Shown: positions 19,996-30,854 of the stretch, piece by piece | Layout of the letters: each line of letters begins with the position of its first letter | How positions within the stretch are numbered: the stretch's first letter is position 1 | Assembly (NCBI GenBank): GCA_943788985.1 | Contig: CALSSJ010000035.1 | Location: 1 to 43,740, forward strand | Reading direction: 5' to 3' | Length of the DNA: 43,740 nt | From: an uncultured Lentisphaerales bacterium | GTDB taxonomy: Bacteria; Verrucomicrobiota; Lentisphaeria; JABSQK01; UBA12247 | The notes under the pieces: model-generated | What the model was told of the DNA's origin: nothing | What the model saw: the letters and a program-made list of their open reading frames with translations, nothing else | Databases searched by the model: none | Made by a program: the position numbers and the translations under genes

Positions 19996-20823
19996 ATGAG
20001 TGAGCCTATCACAGTGTTTGGTGGCAACGGATTCGTCGGGCGCCATGTCGTCCGGCTACTGCAGGGACAGGGCCAAGCGATCACGGTTCCGGCGCGCGGT
20101 AAGGAGCTTTACCAGAGTCACCTCGGGCATGCGATCTATTGCATCGGGCTTACGGCTGACTTTCGCTCACGGCCATTCGATACCGCGGAGGCACATGTTT
20201 GCCTGCTGCAACGTCTTCTCACACAGTGCCGCTATCATTCCTTTACGTATTTGTCGTCAACCCGTGTATACCAGGGCTTATCAACTACAGGCACCGAAGG
20301 CACATCGCTGCGGGTATGCCCCGAGGATCCTGACCATCTGTACAACCTTTCGAAACTGATGGGAGAATCCCTGGTGCACGCGGCAGCAGGCCGGACGCAT
20401 GTGGTGCGGCTATCCAATGTCTACGGGGCCGATTGGTCGAGCAGCAACTTTTTGACTTCTGTCATTCGCGCAGCCGTATGCGACGCCCACGTCGAATTGC
20501 GTAGTCCGGGAAATATCACCAGGGATTTCGTAGCTGTAGACGATGTCGCCAAGTTGGTGGGCGCGATTGCCTTGACGGGGCAATCCGCCAGCTACAATGT
20601 AGCCAGCGGACGCTCATATCGCAGCGATGAGGTCTTGGCTGCGGTGCGCGCCCACACGGGGTGTCAGGTCTCCTGCCCTGTACCCGACACGGATGCAGGT
20701 AGGTTTCCACAGATTGACATATCGCGCATCCAGCAGGAGTTTTCGTTTCAGCCGCGCCTGCTGCTGGATGACCTGAAGGATTTGATTTACACGTTTCGCC
20801 TACACCAGACCAAGAAGGATTGA
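19996..20823 (+). CDS. NAD-dependent epimerase/dehydratase
   Basis: GGNGFVG, YLSSTRVY, YNLSK, RLSNVYG, YNVASG. Confidence 0.9.
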   Translation: MSEPITVFGGNGFVGRHVVRLLQGQGQAITVPARGKELYQSHLGHAIYCIGLTADFRSRPFDTAEAHVCLLQRLLTQCRYHSFTYLSSTRVYQGLSTTGTEGTSLRVCPEDPDHLYNLSKLMGESLVHAAAGRTHVVRLSNVYGADWSSSNFLTSVIRAAVCDAHVELRSPGNITRDFVAVDDVAKLVGAIALTGQSASYNVASGRSYRSDEVLAAVRAHTGCQVSCPVPDTDAGRFPQIDISRIQQEFSFQPRLLLDDLKDLIYTFRLHQTKKD

Positions 20824-21593
20824 GCATGCTAAGAATTGACAACGAACGAGCCGTTGTGGTCGTTGACGATGAAGGCGAAGAACGAGAGATACCGTTCAGC
20901 TCGCCAGAAGCATTCGCCATCGTATCGAAACTCTGGCTGCGGGTCGGCTGGGATACCAAGTACGTATACAGCTTTGCCTGGATGGGGCGACCGATCATTC
21001 AGCTGCCCGAAGATATGATGCGCATTCAGGAGGTAATCTACCAGGTAAAGCCCACTGTTGTGATCGAAACAGGTGTGGCGCACGGCGGCTCCCTCATCTT
21101 CTACGCATCCTTGCTCAGCGCCATGGGCGGCGGTCGCGTTGTCGGTATCGACATTGAGATTCGGGCGCACAACCGGGCGGCGATTGAGGCTCACGAGATG
21201 TTCCCACACATCACGTTGATTGAAGGGAGTTCGATTGACCAAGGTATCGTCGACCAGGCCGCCGCACTGATCGGACCGGACGACCGTGTGCTGGTCATGC
21301 TTGACTCCAACCACACGCGAGATCATGTACGCGCCGAGCTTGAACGATATGCACCGCTGGTCACCAAGGATTCGTATATCGTTGCCGCAGACGGCATCAT
21401 GCAAGACCTGTCCGACGCACCACGTGGAAGCGAAGACTGGACGTGGAACAATCCTGCAGAAGCAGCACAGGAATTTGTCGCCACACACTCCGAGTTTGTG
21501 CTTGAAGAGCCACCGTGGCCCTTCAACGAAGGCGTGGTTAAGGATCGCGTCACCTATTGGCCCAGCGCCTTCATTCGCCGAATCGCGCCATGA
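20820..21593 (+). CDS. CmcI (cephalosporin hydroxylase) family methyltransferase
   Basis: [32 protein letters not shown]. Confidence 0.9.
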   Translation: MSMLRIDNERAVVVVDDEGEEREIPFSSPEAFAIVSKLWLRVGWDTKYVYSFAWMGRPIIQLPEDMMRIQEVIYQVKPTVVIETGVAHGGSLIFYASLLSAMGGGRVVGIDIEIRAHNRAAIEAHEMFPHITLIEGSSIDQGIVDQAAALIGPDDRVLVMLDSNHTRDHVRAELERYAPLVTKDSYIVAADGIMQDLSDAPRGSEDWTWNNPAEAAQEFVATHSEFVLEEPPWPFNEGVVKDRVTYWPSAFIRRIAP

Positions 21594-22355
21594 AAGCGGT
21601 GATCCTTGCTGGTGGTCGCGGCACGCGGCTCTCCGAAGAAACAGCCCTTCGTCCCAAGCCCATGGTCGAGATCGGCGGACAGCCGATTCTCTGGCACATC
21701 ATGAAGATCTACGCGTCCCATGGCATCACCGAGTTTGTCATTTGCTGCGGCTACAAGGGCTTCATGATTAAGGAGTACTTTGCCAACTACTTTCTCCATA
21801 CCTCGGATGTGACCTTCGACTTGGGCGAGAACCAGATGCACGTCCATCGTCAGACAGCGGAGCCGTGGAAAGTCACGCTCGTCGATACTGGCGGTGACAC
21901 CCTCACTGGAGGGCGGCTCAAACGCGTTGCTGAGTACATCGATGATACCTTCTTCTTTACGTATGGCGATGGGCTCAGCAATGTTGACCTGAATGCACTC
22001 CGCCAAACGCATGCTACCAACAGTGCTCTGGTGACACTCACTGCGGTGCAGCCACCGGGACGATATGGTGCGCTACGCATGGATGGTGAGCTGGTACGGG
22101 AGTTTCGTGAAAAGCCAGAGGGAGATGATGCTTGGATAAACGGCGGTTTTTTTTGTCGTGTCGCCCGAAGCACTGGACCTTATTGCCGGCGATCACATTG
22201 CCTGGGAGAAAGATCCGCTGGAAACTCTCGCCACGCGCGAGCAACTCGCCGCTTATCGACACCCAGGATTTTGGCATCCCATGGACACCTTGCGCGATAA
22301 GGAACACCTGCAAGCCATATGGGAAACTGGCGAAGCCCCGTGGAAGATCTGGTAA
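21590..22355 (+). CDS. rfbF: Glucose-1-phosphate cytidylyltransferase (frameshift in poly-T near 22150)
   Basis: [37 protein letters not shown], then [12 protein letters not shown]...APWKIW in the next frame. Confidence 0.9.
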
Positions 22356-22375
22356 GTCGCGGGGCTCGATCCGTC

Positions 22376-23401
22376 TCAAGGGCCTTGGACGGCACCACAA
22401 AGACGGGCTGAAATTCGCTCGCGACCGCCCGCGAGCGGGTGTGATGTGTCACTAATCTCGTTATCACCGAGAAAGTCCCGCAGATTCACCAGCTCGACAG
22501 CGGACTCGGCCAGAAGCGATCTGACCTTGGGCTCAAAACTTTCGGCAATCAAGTCGCGCATTGCGCTACACTCTGGCATGAAGACCCAAACCGATGAAGC
22601 CTCGCTGGCCTCAAGGCGACGCACCGTGTCACGCAAATGAGCCGATTGCATCTCCTCTGCGTCAGCAGGAGCATCTTCAAACCAGCCCAGTGGCCGAAAC
22701 TGCTCCAGCTGTGCGGCGATGGCTTGTGGTGATTGCTGCACGCGCCCGGGACGATGTGCGGCGAACGTCTGCGGATCTGGAGGGTACTGCGCAGATAACT
22801 GGCTAAAACTTAGGAATCGCTCACGCAGGTGCATCAACTGCCCACTGGATGCTTCCGACACAAGCGCCCGGTTGCGGATCAGAGGTACACGTGTCCACCC
22901 GGCCTCAAGCCATTTGCCAATCCGCCCCGAGACGCCGCCGCCGATCCATGTTCGCTTCAGGTAGGGACGTCCGCGCAAAAAGTGAGGATGGATGCCAACA
23001 AGCACTCTCTCAATGCCCAATTCCGGATATGCCAGGACGGCATGAGCTTGTTCCGATAGCTGGTGAAATCCACTCCCGCTTGTCCCCAGGTTTGCCCATG
23101 TAATCCCTGTGCAATCCGACATGATCTCCGAATCAATTCCCTCACGAGCGGTCGAGAATCCAAGAACAATGCCCAGTCGGGCATCGGGGTTCAAGGTTCG
23201 CCATTCCAATAGTGCACTGATGCGCGAGTAGGTAGCAGCACGGAGTTCATGTCGTACAGGCTCATGGTCTGGAATCAGCGCTTGCTCACAAATGAGGAAC
23301 GAACTCGCATAGAAGACCAGCGAGACAGCGGCTGTTACTGTGCACAGCAGGACCGCTAGTGTACGTGACGTATCAAAGGTAAACCAACTACGCAATTTCA
23401 T
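22376..23401 (-). CDS. Membrane-anchored periplasmic protein, possibly SGNH/DltD-like partner of the MBOAT
   Basis: N-terminal TM, LGFSTA and DTSHP motifs reminiscent of the GxS...DxxH hydrolase fold; follows the MBOAT gene. Confidence 0.5.
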   Translation of the reverse strand: MKLRSWFTFDTSRTLAVLLCTVTAAVSLVFYASSFLICEQALIPDHEPVRHELRAATYSRISALLEWRTLNPDARLGIVLGFSTAREGIDSEIMSDCTGITWANLGTSGSGFHQLSEQAHAVLAYPELGIERVLVGIHPHFLRGRPYLKRTWIGGGVSGRIGKWLEAGWTRVPLIRNRALVSEASSGQLMHLRERFLSFSQLSAQYPPDPQTFAAHRPGRVQQSPQAIAAQLEQFRPLGWFEDAPADAEEMQSAHLRDTVRRLEASEASSVWVFMPECSAMRDLIAESFEPKVRSLLAESAVELVNLRDFLGDNEISDTSHPLAGGRERISARLCGAVQGP

Positions 23402-23507
23402 TAGAAGCCCTGATAGAAGAAGGGACTTCCGCTCTTACCGAGGGCGACCACCGCAGCAAGCCTCAGCGCAACCCACAGGATGCGTATCGCAATCTTATAC
23501 GCTGGCT

Positions 23508-24641
23508 TCATGGTGCCTTCCCGACCCAGTACAAGGAACAAGCGACGAATTCAAACGTGATCACTGTAGCCACGACACGAACAACCGGATGTGCATTGTA
23601 GCGCTTGAACCACTTCTTACCATAACGCCGGATGAGGATCGTCTTGTACGCATTGCAAATCACAACGCCTCCCGCATGAATCGCCCCCCAGAGAAAAAAT
23701 GGCATGGTGAACTGATGCCACAGACCGCAAAGCAAGAATGCCACGCCAAATGCGACTGATGCACATCCCAAGCGGTAGCGGCCCAATCGGGTGCGCATCA
23801 GTGCGAGTTGCACCGGAACGAATAGATGGGCGCGTACAGACTGCCCAAGGGTGATGTGCCAGCGCTCCCAAAAATCGATTACGTTTCGCGCAAGATACGG
23901 ACGGTTAAAGTTTTCGGGAACGTGCAGCCCAAGCAGCATTCCAATGCCAACCGCGACGTCGCAATAGGCGCTGAAGTCGAGGTACAGCCAAATGAAGAAC
24001 AACTGGAGTTCCAAGACTGTATACCACGGTCCTGCTTGAAACCCGGTAAGGCAGACGGATTGGATAATGTGCGCCAACACGAATTTCTTGAACAGCCCCT
24101 TGGCGATTCGTTCCGTTGACGAGAGTCCCTTATGAAAGGTGAGAGGGGGGCAGGAAATCGGATGATCAACGTAGTCACGATACGTCTGGATTGGACCAGC
24201 CGACAGCATATGGAAGGGAATCATATAGTGGATGAAATCCAGTGGCGACGGACATGCCGCCACGCCTGCACGGATCGTTCGTACGAGATCTACCCATCGA
24301 AGAAACACGTACGAATAGCCAGTAATCGCCAGAAGTTCCTGGCCGCTCACTGAGCGGATTGCTGGCAGGGTGCCCAACTTGAATCCGATAAACACCGCCA
24401 ACGCTGGAGCAATCAGCGCGATCGTGGGCGAGCCCACTCGCAACGCGACATACGCTGTCACCAGCGCCCCCAGCAGGAGGGCCGTACCGGTTCCCCCAAC
24501 CGCCCAATAGAGCACCAACAGGTGTACACATACCACCATCACCAGACGGTGTCGCGGCTGGCGAAGAACCGTGACAGCAAACACACCGCTTATGGTCAGA
24601 AACCAAAAGCCGATTGAGAAAAGTTCGATTCCGGCAGTCAC
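23508..24641 (-). CDS. MBOAT-family O-acyltransferase (AlgI/DltB-like)
   Basis: GYSY, AGPI, GLFKKFV, YLDFSAYCD, PENFNRPY, FWERWHITL, GLWH. Confidence 0.9.
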   Translation of the reverse strand: MTAGIELFSIGFWFLTISGVFAVTVLRQPRHRLVMVVCVHLLVLYWAVGGTGTALLLGALVTAYVALRVGSPTIALIAPALAVFIGFKLGTLPAIRSVSGQELLAITGYSYVFLRWVDLVRTIRAGVAACPSPLDFIHYMIPFHMLSAGPIQTYRDYVDHPISCPPLTFHKGLSSTERIAKGLFKKFVLAHIIQSVCLTGFQAGPWYTVLELQLFFIWLYLDFSAYCDVAVGIGMLLGLHVPENFNRPYLARNVIDFWERWHITLGQSVRAHLFVPVQLALMRTRLGRYRLGCASVAFGVAFLLCGLWHQFTMPFFLWGAIHAGGVVICNAYKTILIRRYGKKWFKRYNAHPVVRVVATVITFEFVACSLYWVGKAP

Positions 24642-24647
24642 GGAATG

Positions 24648-26453
24648 CTATCCAACTACATGCGTCTCGGCCGACAAAGCCTCGTCAAGAGCCAAGTACC
24701 ACCTGCAGGTATCCTGGTCCTCAAAGCCAAGCCGGTCGTATAGATCAGCGACAAGGTTGTTCTTCTTTGTCTGGATATACTCACCCAGCAATCCCTGGTA
24801 GCCTTGTCCGCGGGCACGGTCCACCAGCGTATTCAGCACAAATGCTTCCACCGTGCGGCCGATCACCCTGCAGCTCATTAACCACGTATCAATTCGCAGG
24901 ACATCAGGCGACTCCCGCACTCCGATAAGTACCGCGATCAGACCGTAATCGCCGAAACGATCGGACAGGCTAACAGCAAACGCGATTGTCCCTGGAATTG
25001 CGATCATCGCTTGCAGTTGCTCACTGCTATGCCGCCTGGTCGTCAGGTTAAACTGATTCGTTTTACCTACGAGCTGCGACACGCGGGGCAATCGTGTCTC
25101 ATCAATCGGCACGACAGTCGCCTTCATCTGCAAATGCTGCAAATAGGCGCCCATGTCGGTGAATCCTTGCTCGGCTTCGCGCCGCTCGCTCTCCACCCGG
25201 TACTGCTGGGTACGAAGAAGGTCCTCATCCGTTCGCCGTAAGCTGTCAAATGCCCCCGTTTCAGCCAATGCCAATGTGTAGTCCGCAGGGTCCGGTGGTA
25301 CGTCCACGACCAAGACATCGGGGAGCGCCAAGCGTACTTCCTCGCGTTCGGCAGGATTGTCATCGAAGAAGACGAAACTATCTGCACCAAGCCGCAACTC
25401 GGCGGCGATCTGTCGAATCGACTCGCTCTTGGGCTGCCAACTGGCCTGGAACGCTGCAAAGTCGGCGAGCGTCAAGACCATTTCCGGGTTTCGCTCGAAC
25501 GGCTCGCGAGCAATCGGGTCGTCATTCTTGGAGCAGATCGCCAGCAAGATCCCACGGTCCGTCAGTGCTTTCACGTATCGCTGGAATGCCTCAAACGCCT
25601 CACCGTCCGGACCGCCACCAATGGTAACCCCCAGTGGCCCTTCTTCGGCAACAACGCCTCCCCAGAGGGTATTGTCAAGATCCAGTATCAGCACCTTATG
25701 GGTACCGCGCTGAATAATCTGAACAGTGCGTGCCAAGCCATGTGCCAACTCCGTGAGCCCAGCGTCAGAGTAGGGCTGTTTCGTCCAAAAGTAGTTTCGC
25801 TGGCTGTAGAATTGTTGCTTACCCGTCCACGAAGAAAGGGCGTCTACATCGAACCAGATCGCCGCATCCGGCAGTGTCTTGCGAAGCCCCTGGTTTGCCA
25901 TCCGCACGGCATCCAAGCTACCTCCATCTTGGACGTCAAGATAGAGGCCGTCTGGCGAGAAATACGGCCAATCGAAGCCAACCTGTATCACTGTTGCCTG
26001 TAGCTTTGTTGCCAGCTGCCAGGCGGATCGCCACATCACCGGACTCAAACTTGGGGCAATGGCCTCGCTACCATGCCCCTTCGAATGTGCATGGAGCCAT
26101 GGAATCAGGATTACCGCATCCAGGCGTTTACCGGTCTCCCAAGACGAGAGTGCGGGCATCGTAGAGTCGTACGGCGCTTCGGATACACGTACACACAGTC
26201 CGGCTTCCGCAAGGCGCAAGGAAATCAACGGGGCAAGCCAGCTGGTCGTAACCTGACCGGCCAACAGAATGCTGGCGTCAAGCCTCTCATCCGCAGTTGC
26301 AGCAGTGATCTTTGCACAAAGTCGAGCAGCGCGCGCCCGGGCCAATTCTGACAACTCCCCTTGCAGTGCCTGGCGCAAAGATTGAAACGCTTCAGCAGGC
26401 TCCTCGTTTGACAATGCAGCAGCGGACACCGCGAGCCCCGCCTTGGCCTTCAT
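24648..26453 (-). CDS. FkbH-like HAD-IIIC protein with C-terminal GNAT-like domain
   Basis: KVLILDLDNTLWGGV, CSKND, FFDDNPAER, KTNQFNLTT, DRFGDYGLI, MSCRVIGR. Confidence 0.95.
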   Translation of the reverse strand: MKAKAGLAVSAAALSNEEPAEAFQSLRQALQGELSELARARAARLCAKITAATADERLDASILLAGQVTTSWLAPLISLRLAEAGLCVRVSEAPYDSTMPALSSWETGKRLDAVILIPWLHAHSKGHGSEAIAPSLSPVMWRSAWQLATKLQATVIQVGFDWPYFSPDGLYLDVQDGGSLDAVRMANQGLRKTLPDAAIWFDVDALSSWTGKQQFYSQRNYFWTKQPYSDAGLTELAHGLARTVQIIQRGTHKVLILDLDNTLWGGVVAEEGPLGVTIGGGPDGEAFEAFQRYVKALTDRGILLAICSKNDDPIAREPFERNPEMVLTLADFAAFQASWQPKSESIRQIAAELRLGADSFVFFDDNPAEREEVRLALPDVLVVDVPPDPADYTLALAETGAFDSLRRTDEDLLRTQQYRVESERREAEQGFTDMGAYLQHLQMKATVVPIDETRLPRVSQLVGKTNQFNLTTRRHSSEQLQAMIAIPGTIAFAVSLSDRFGDYGLIAVLIGVRESPDVLRIDTWLMSCRVIGRTVEAFVLNTLVDRARGQGYQGLLGEYIQTKKNNLVADLYDRLGFEDQDTCRWYLALDEALSAETHVVG

Positions 26454-27388
26454 GAGCCCTGTGGCACACAAACAAAGGCGAAGTCCACCGTTGGATCCCG
26501 AGAGGCAGCTGCATAGTCAGCCACCGCGAACGACTGCTCAGCGACCACTTGCAGCCCCGCCTGCTCTAAGACGTCATGCACTTGTGAAATATCAGTGAAC
26601 AGGTGCAAATGATCAATCGCATTCGAATTAGCCACCGTCGTAATGAAAAAGGGCGCCCCCGGTTGAAGAAACGACTGAATCTGCCCAAACGAAAAGACTG
26701 GATCTGGAATGTGCTCCATCACCTCGGCACAGATGGCCCAGCGCAAACTGCCCGACGCGAGGTCCATCGGCTTGCAGACATTGCCGGCGTTCAGTTGATA
26801 GCGATGCTCTGGCAGTCCTGCCTGAGCCAGAAGCCGGCCGGCAAACTGGATCGCATGCTCACTGATATCGTAGCCATGCACAATGCGTTCCTGACTCTCA
26901 AGCAGCAAGTCGTGAAGGTAGAGGCCATGGCCAAAACCAAACTCCGCCCCCACACCCGCGTCGGGCACTCGGCTAAGAAACTCACGTCGATAAAATTTGT
27001 GCATGTCAAAATGAATTGGCCAGAACGCGTGAGAAAGCATCAGCCCGTCGAGATAGAAGCCCAGCATGACATCCGGGTTCGAGTAGACGTTCTCATTCAC
27101 AGTGTCAAAGGAATCATTGCTGTATTCGCCGGTAGCAACGAAGGCTGCCTGTTCCTTCAGGTAGGCGAGCGTGTACTCGAGAATCGCCTCCACTGGTTTT
27201 CCGCCCAATGACTGCGATAGGGCAACAAGGCGTTGGGCTTCCTCCCAGAACGCTTCGCCATGGGTTTCGGCCTGGTACGCGATCTGCTTGGCCAGTAGAT
27301 TGCGCCCCTGTTCCAAGATTCCACTGCAAACTTCAGCGGCCAGCGGATAGTGCGAGGCCGCGTCGGCGATTCTCTCTTCAGTCGTCAT
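26450..27388 (-). CDS. Class I SAM-dependent methyltransferase
   Basis: EFGFGHG, GYDISE, AEVMEHIPDP, IDHLHLF. Confidence 0.85.
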   Translation of the reverse strand: MTTEERIADAASHYPLAAEVCSGILEQGRNLLAKQIAYQAETHGEAFWEEAQRLVALSQSLGGKPVEAILEYTLAYLKEQAAFVATGEYSNDSFDTVNENVYSNPDVMLGFYLDGLMLSHAFWPIHFDMHKFYRREFLSRVPDAGVGAEFGFGHGLYLHDLLLESQERIVHGYDISEHAIQFAGRLLAQAGLPEHRYQLNAGNVCKPMDLASGSLRWAICAEVMEHIPDPVFSFGQIQSFLQPGAPFFITTVANSNAIDHLHLFTDISQVHDVLEQAGLQVVAEQSFAVADYAAASRDPTVDFAFVCVPQGS

Positions 27389-27389
27389 G

Positions 27390-27833
27390 CTAACTCAGGC
27401 TCTCGATGAGTTCAACGGTAATGCCTCGGGTAAACGCAGGCGGGACAAAGTTAATGGCAATTGGGCCGGCAACCACTGGGGTTGGCTCCAGCAACTGTAC
27501 ATCGTTCGCCGCGAGAACCTCGGTGGCCTCGCGGAGGTCATCGACTTCCATGGCGATGTGATGGAGTCCGCCAATGCCCCTATTATGTCGTGCTAATGGG
27601 CTCTCTGGCCCATCAGGAATGACGAGTTCCAGGCATGCCGACTCCGTGCTGGTAAACAGACACCAAGCCCGGTACTGCTCCACGTAATAGCGGCGTTCTA
27701 CCGTTTGTCCGAGTAATCCCAGAAACTCATCACTTGATTCACGGTCCAGGATCACGATTCCGACGTGATGCAACCGCGGAGATAGTGCCTGTAGCGACTG
27801 CGGCAACACCGCTTGGGCTTGGCCCTCAGTCAA
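27390..27833 (-). CDS. VOC-family protein (methylmalonyl-CoA epimerase-like)
   Basis: LHHVGIV, LELVIP, GGLHHIAMEVDDL, VELIE; TTG start overlapping the ACP stop. Confidence 0.85.
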   Translation of the reverse strand: MTEGQAQAVLPQSLQALSPRLHHVGIVILDRESSDEFLGLLGQTVERRYYVEQYRAWCLFTSTESACLELVIPDGPESPLARHNRGIGGLHHIAMEVDDLREATEVLAANDVQLLEPTPVVAGPIAINFVPPAFTRGITVELIESLS

Positions 27834-28069
27834 GCGCTGACTCCTTTCGCGTCCAACAGATCCAGCAACTCTCCGACCGTATCCAGCGTCGCAATCTCTG
27901 TGGACGTAAATCGTACCCCAAATGCCCTCTCGATGTGCACAAACAGAGTGACATGCATCAAGGAGTCCCAATCATCTATGTCGGCCGCAGTCGTTGACCG
28001 GGTAACTTTAATGTCATCATCTTCAAAGACATCACAGAATAGATCATTCACTTTTTGCTGAACGCTCAT
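27830..28069 (-). CDS. Acyl carrier protein
   Basis: 79 aa, acidic, WDSL phosphopantetheine site. Confidence 0.9.
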   Translation of the reverse strand: MSVQQKVNDLFCDVFEDDDIKVTRSTTAADIDDWDSLMHVTLFVHIERAFGVRFTSTEIATLDTVGELLDLLDAKGVSA

Positions 28070-28202
28070 CCCAAATCCTTTGGCTCTCGTATTAGCCCAA
28101 AGACGTTACGCTATTCTTGTTCGACGAATTCGCACCCAGCTCCTATCGAATCTGATGCGCGACACGGTTAATCCCCAAGAGCCCTGGACCACGAGATCGA
28201 CG

Positions 28203-28404
28203 CTACTCGTCCGCGAAGTAGTAGGTCGACACCTCTGGATTGGTGTACGTGTGCTGGCCTGTCAGGGAGATCGCATTGCTCCAAACGGTGTGTCCATCGA
28301 GGAATCCGGTCGTGCCGCCATAGAAGGTATCGCCCAAGTTCGGCGAGGTGGTTGTCCAACCACTGAAGAAGAGATGCGCATCGATCTTGCGATGGGTTCC
28401 AATA
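28203..28404 (-). pseudogene. Possible C-terminal remnant of an H-X9-DG-type (prepilin-associated) protein cut by the IS
   Basis: GGTTGFLDGHTVW resembles the GGNxxFxDGHVxW motif; 5' part abuts the transposase. Confidence 0.4.
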
Positions 28405-29683
28405 CTGTGTTTTACCATGCCGAAACGGTTCCGCGCTTACTTTCGCTATGACCGGGATCTACTCAAGCATCTTCCCCGCCTTGCCTGGGAAACAGTGCGC
28501 GACGTCTACCGTGCCGTGCTCGATCGCGATGACGTTGTTCCCGGCATGGTCGGCGCCCCACAGAGCTTTGGCGATCTAATAAATTGGCAACCGCATATGC
28601 ACACTCTATCCACCGATGGAGCGTTTGCCAAAGACGGCACGTATCTGCCTGTGCCCGATGATCTGCCGATTGAGCCGTTCCTCAAGCTCTGGGAGCACAA
28701 GATCTTTGCATTGCTACTGGCAGAGGGCCGCATCACCGAGAAGGTCGTCGAGCAGATGCGTAGCTGGAGGCACTCCGGGTTCAGCGTTGATAAGAGCGTC
28801 TACCTGCCGGCCGGTGACCAGGCTGCTATTCAGCGTTTGCTTCAGTACATGCTCAGATGCCCGTTCAGCCTGAAGCGCATGATTCAGACCACGGCGGATG
28901 GTAATGTTGCCTACCGAGCGACGCGCGAGAAGTGTATCGCCTTCCCGACCCGCAACGATACTCAGTTCCGTCGTGGTGTGTCGCGCAACTTTGAAATATT
29001 CGAGCCGCTCGACTTTATTGCTGAGGTCACGCAGCATATTCCGGAGCACGGCGCGCAGACAGTTCGCTATTACGGCTGGTATTCAAATAAGGCTCGCGGC
29101 ATGCGCGCCAAGGCCGCAGAACAGGCAAAGGCAAAGCAGTCTAATGGCCTTGAGCCCCTCACCACCGATGAGAGCGATACGCCGTATCGTAAATTATGCC
29201 GTATGCGCTGGTCGGCGCTGATTAAACGAGTTTACGAAGTAGATCCATTGTGCTGTCCCCAATGTGGCGGCGCGATGACTATCGTCGCGTTCGTTGAGCA
29301 GAAGGACCAGGCCGATGTCATTGAGCGTATTCTCAAGCACTGTCAGCTATGGAATGATTACCCGCCCAGGGCGCCACCCAAGCCAGCCGCCGCTAGTGAA
29401 TTTGAGCTGGAAGTTGAGTATGTAGACTTCGACGAGTTTCTGATGGGTTTCTAAAAGCGCCCCGTCAGGAAGACGGTATCTCAATGCTCAAATTCGCGTA
29501 TTCTACCTCCAAAACACCTATCTGCGCGGAATATCGGCACGCAGCAGGAAGGGAGGACGGCCGGGCCAGCTGGCCCGGCCGTCCTCCCTTCCGTTTCTTC
29601 GCCGTCTCCGCCCCGTTTCCTTGAATACCTCATCCCGTCAGCGTATCTTGGCTGTATCGGGAAAAAGCAATTTCCTATCAGTT
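28405..29683 (+). mobile_element. IS91/ISCR-like rolling-circle element, 5'-truncated (HUH transposase to 29454, plus ori end)
   Basis: FTMPKRFR, QSFG...PHMH (HUH), WRHSGFSV, single catalytic Tyr LLQYMLR, VRYYG, CPQCGG; N-terminal Zn-binding domain missing; left boundary approximate. Confidence 0.9.
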
Positions 29684-29802
29684 TTGGCCGAGATTTGGCC
29701 GCCGACATCCGCCAACTGACCGCTCGGATCAACGATGGCGAGAGTCCAGGTGCATCAATCATTCAACATTCAATATTCGATGTCCCCATCTCGTACCTCG
29801 AG

Positions 29803-30347
29803 CTACCGGAACCTAATGACCGTCCCTGAGAGTCCGGGCATCGCCACCCCGTAGGTGGGAAGTCCGCGTTCCGGAGATGAACCCAGCCGATGCCCTCCGC
29901 CCAGGCGTAGCCGTCAAACTCCCCGTTCGTCAGGTTGACGTGTCACCTCGCCGTGACTCGGGTTTGACGTTTGACCCAGCCGGCAGTCTCGCTCCAGGGC
30001 GTAGCCGGAGAGATTGCCAGCGCCGTCCATGTTCACGCCCCAGGTGGTCGGGGTCAGTATTGGCGTGCGGCCCGCTGCCGGCGCCGGCGCCGAGCTTGAT
30101 CCAGCCGACGCGCTCCGCCCAGGCGTTAGCCTTTCAGGTAGCTGTTGGCGCCGTCCAGCACGACGGTGACGCTGCCGTTGGCATCGCCCCAGTTCTGCCA
30201 GCCGGCGGTTTCAGACCAACTGTGCTTGGCGCCTGGATCGATGCTGCGATCGTCCGCTGTGGCGACGCTTGCCGCAAGCAACAACAGCGCCATGGCAGCA
30301 GCGCTCGCAGATATTCCGTGGCGAACATGAGTGTGACGGCAAATCAT
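29803..30347 (-). CDS. Secreted Trp-repeat protein, copy 2 (several frameshifts, probably sequencing errors)
   Basis: Aligns end to end with 8074-8607. Confidence 0.7.
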
Positions 30348-30402
30348 GGGGTTTTTCTCCTTCGTTTGTGTATCTCTGTGGTTTAGGTATATGGAAGTAC
30401 GG

Positions 30403-30854
30403 TCATGTGGCGGCGCCGGTCCAACGCCAGCCCAGGACACGTTCAAAAATGCCGTGGATGCGCCGCTCGGTCTGGTGGATCCAGGCGGACGGGTGCCGCG
30501 GCGTCCCACAGGAGCCGCTTATGCCAGCATGAGCGCATCCTGGTGGAAGCGCGCCGGCAACAGGCCCATGCGTGCCCAGAAATCCGCGAGTGAGTGCAGC
30601 GGGCCCGGCGAAAAGCTCCCAGTGACTGCCGCGCTGGATGACGACCGCGTGCCCGGGCAAACAGCGGACAAAGAACTGGCACTGCGCCCGATATGTTTGG
30701 GCCGCATACGAGAACCGGGCAGCGCAGCGCCACCTGCGTCTCGTTCCACGCAAAGTACTCCTTCAGCCAGGGGAAGCGCTCCTGCAGCCCGGCAACCAGC
30801 CGACGCCAGGCGGCCCGCCGAAAGTGGTCCCGAGTAGGACGTCAACCACTGCTG
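30403..30854 (-). pseudogene. DGR RT C-terminal remnant, copy 2
   Basis: Aligns with 8663-9109; same junction sequence CGGGCAGCAGTGGTTGACG. Confidence 0.6.

Noticed and set aside
28348..28404. Start of the transposase ORF at 28348
   Set aside because: Transposase similarity begins near FTMPKR; upstream codons appear to belong to the truncated minus-strand gene.
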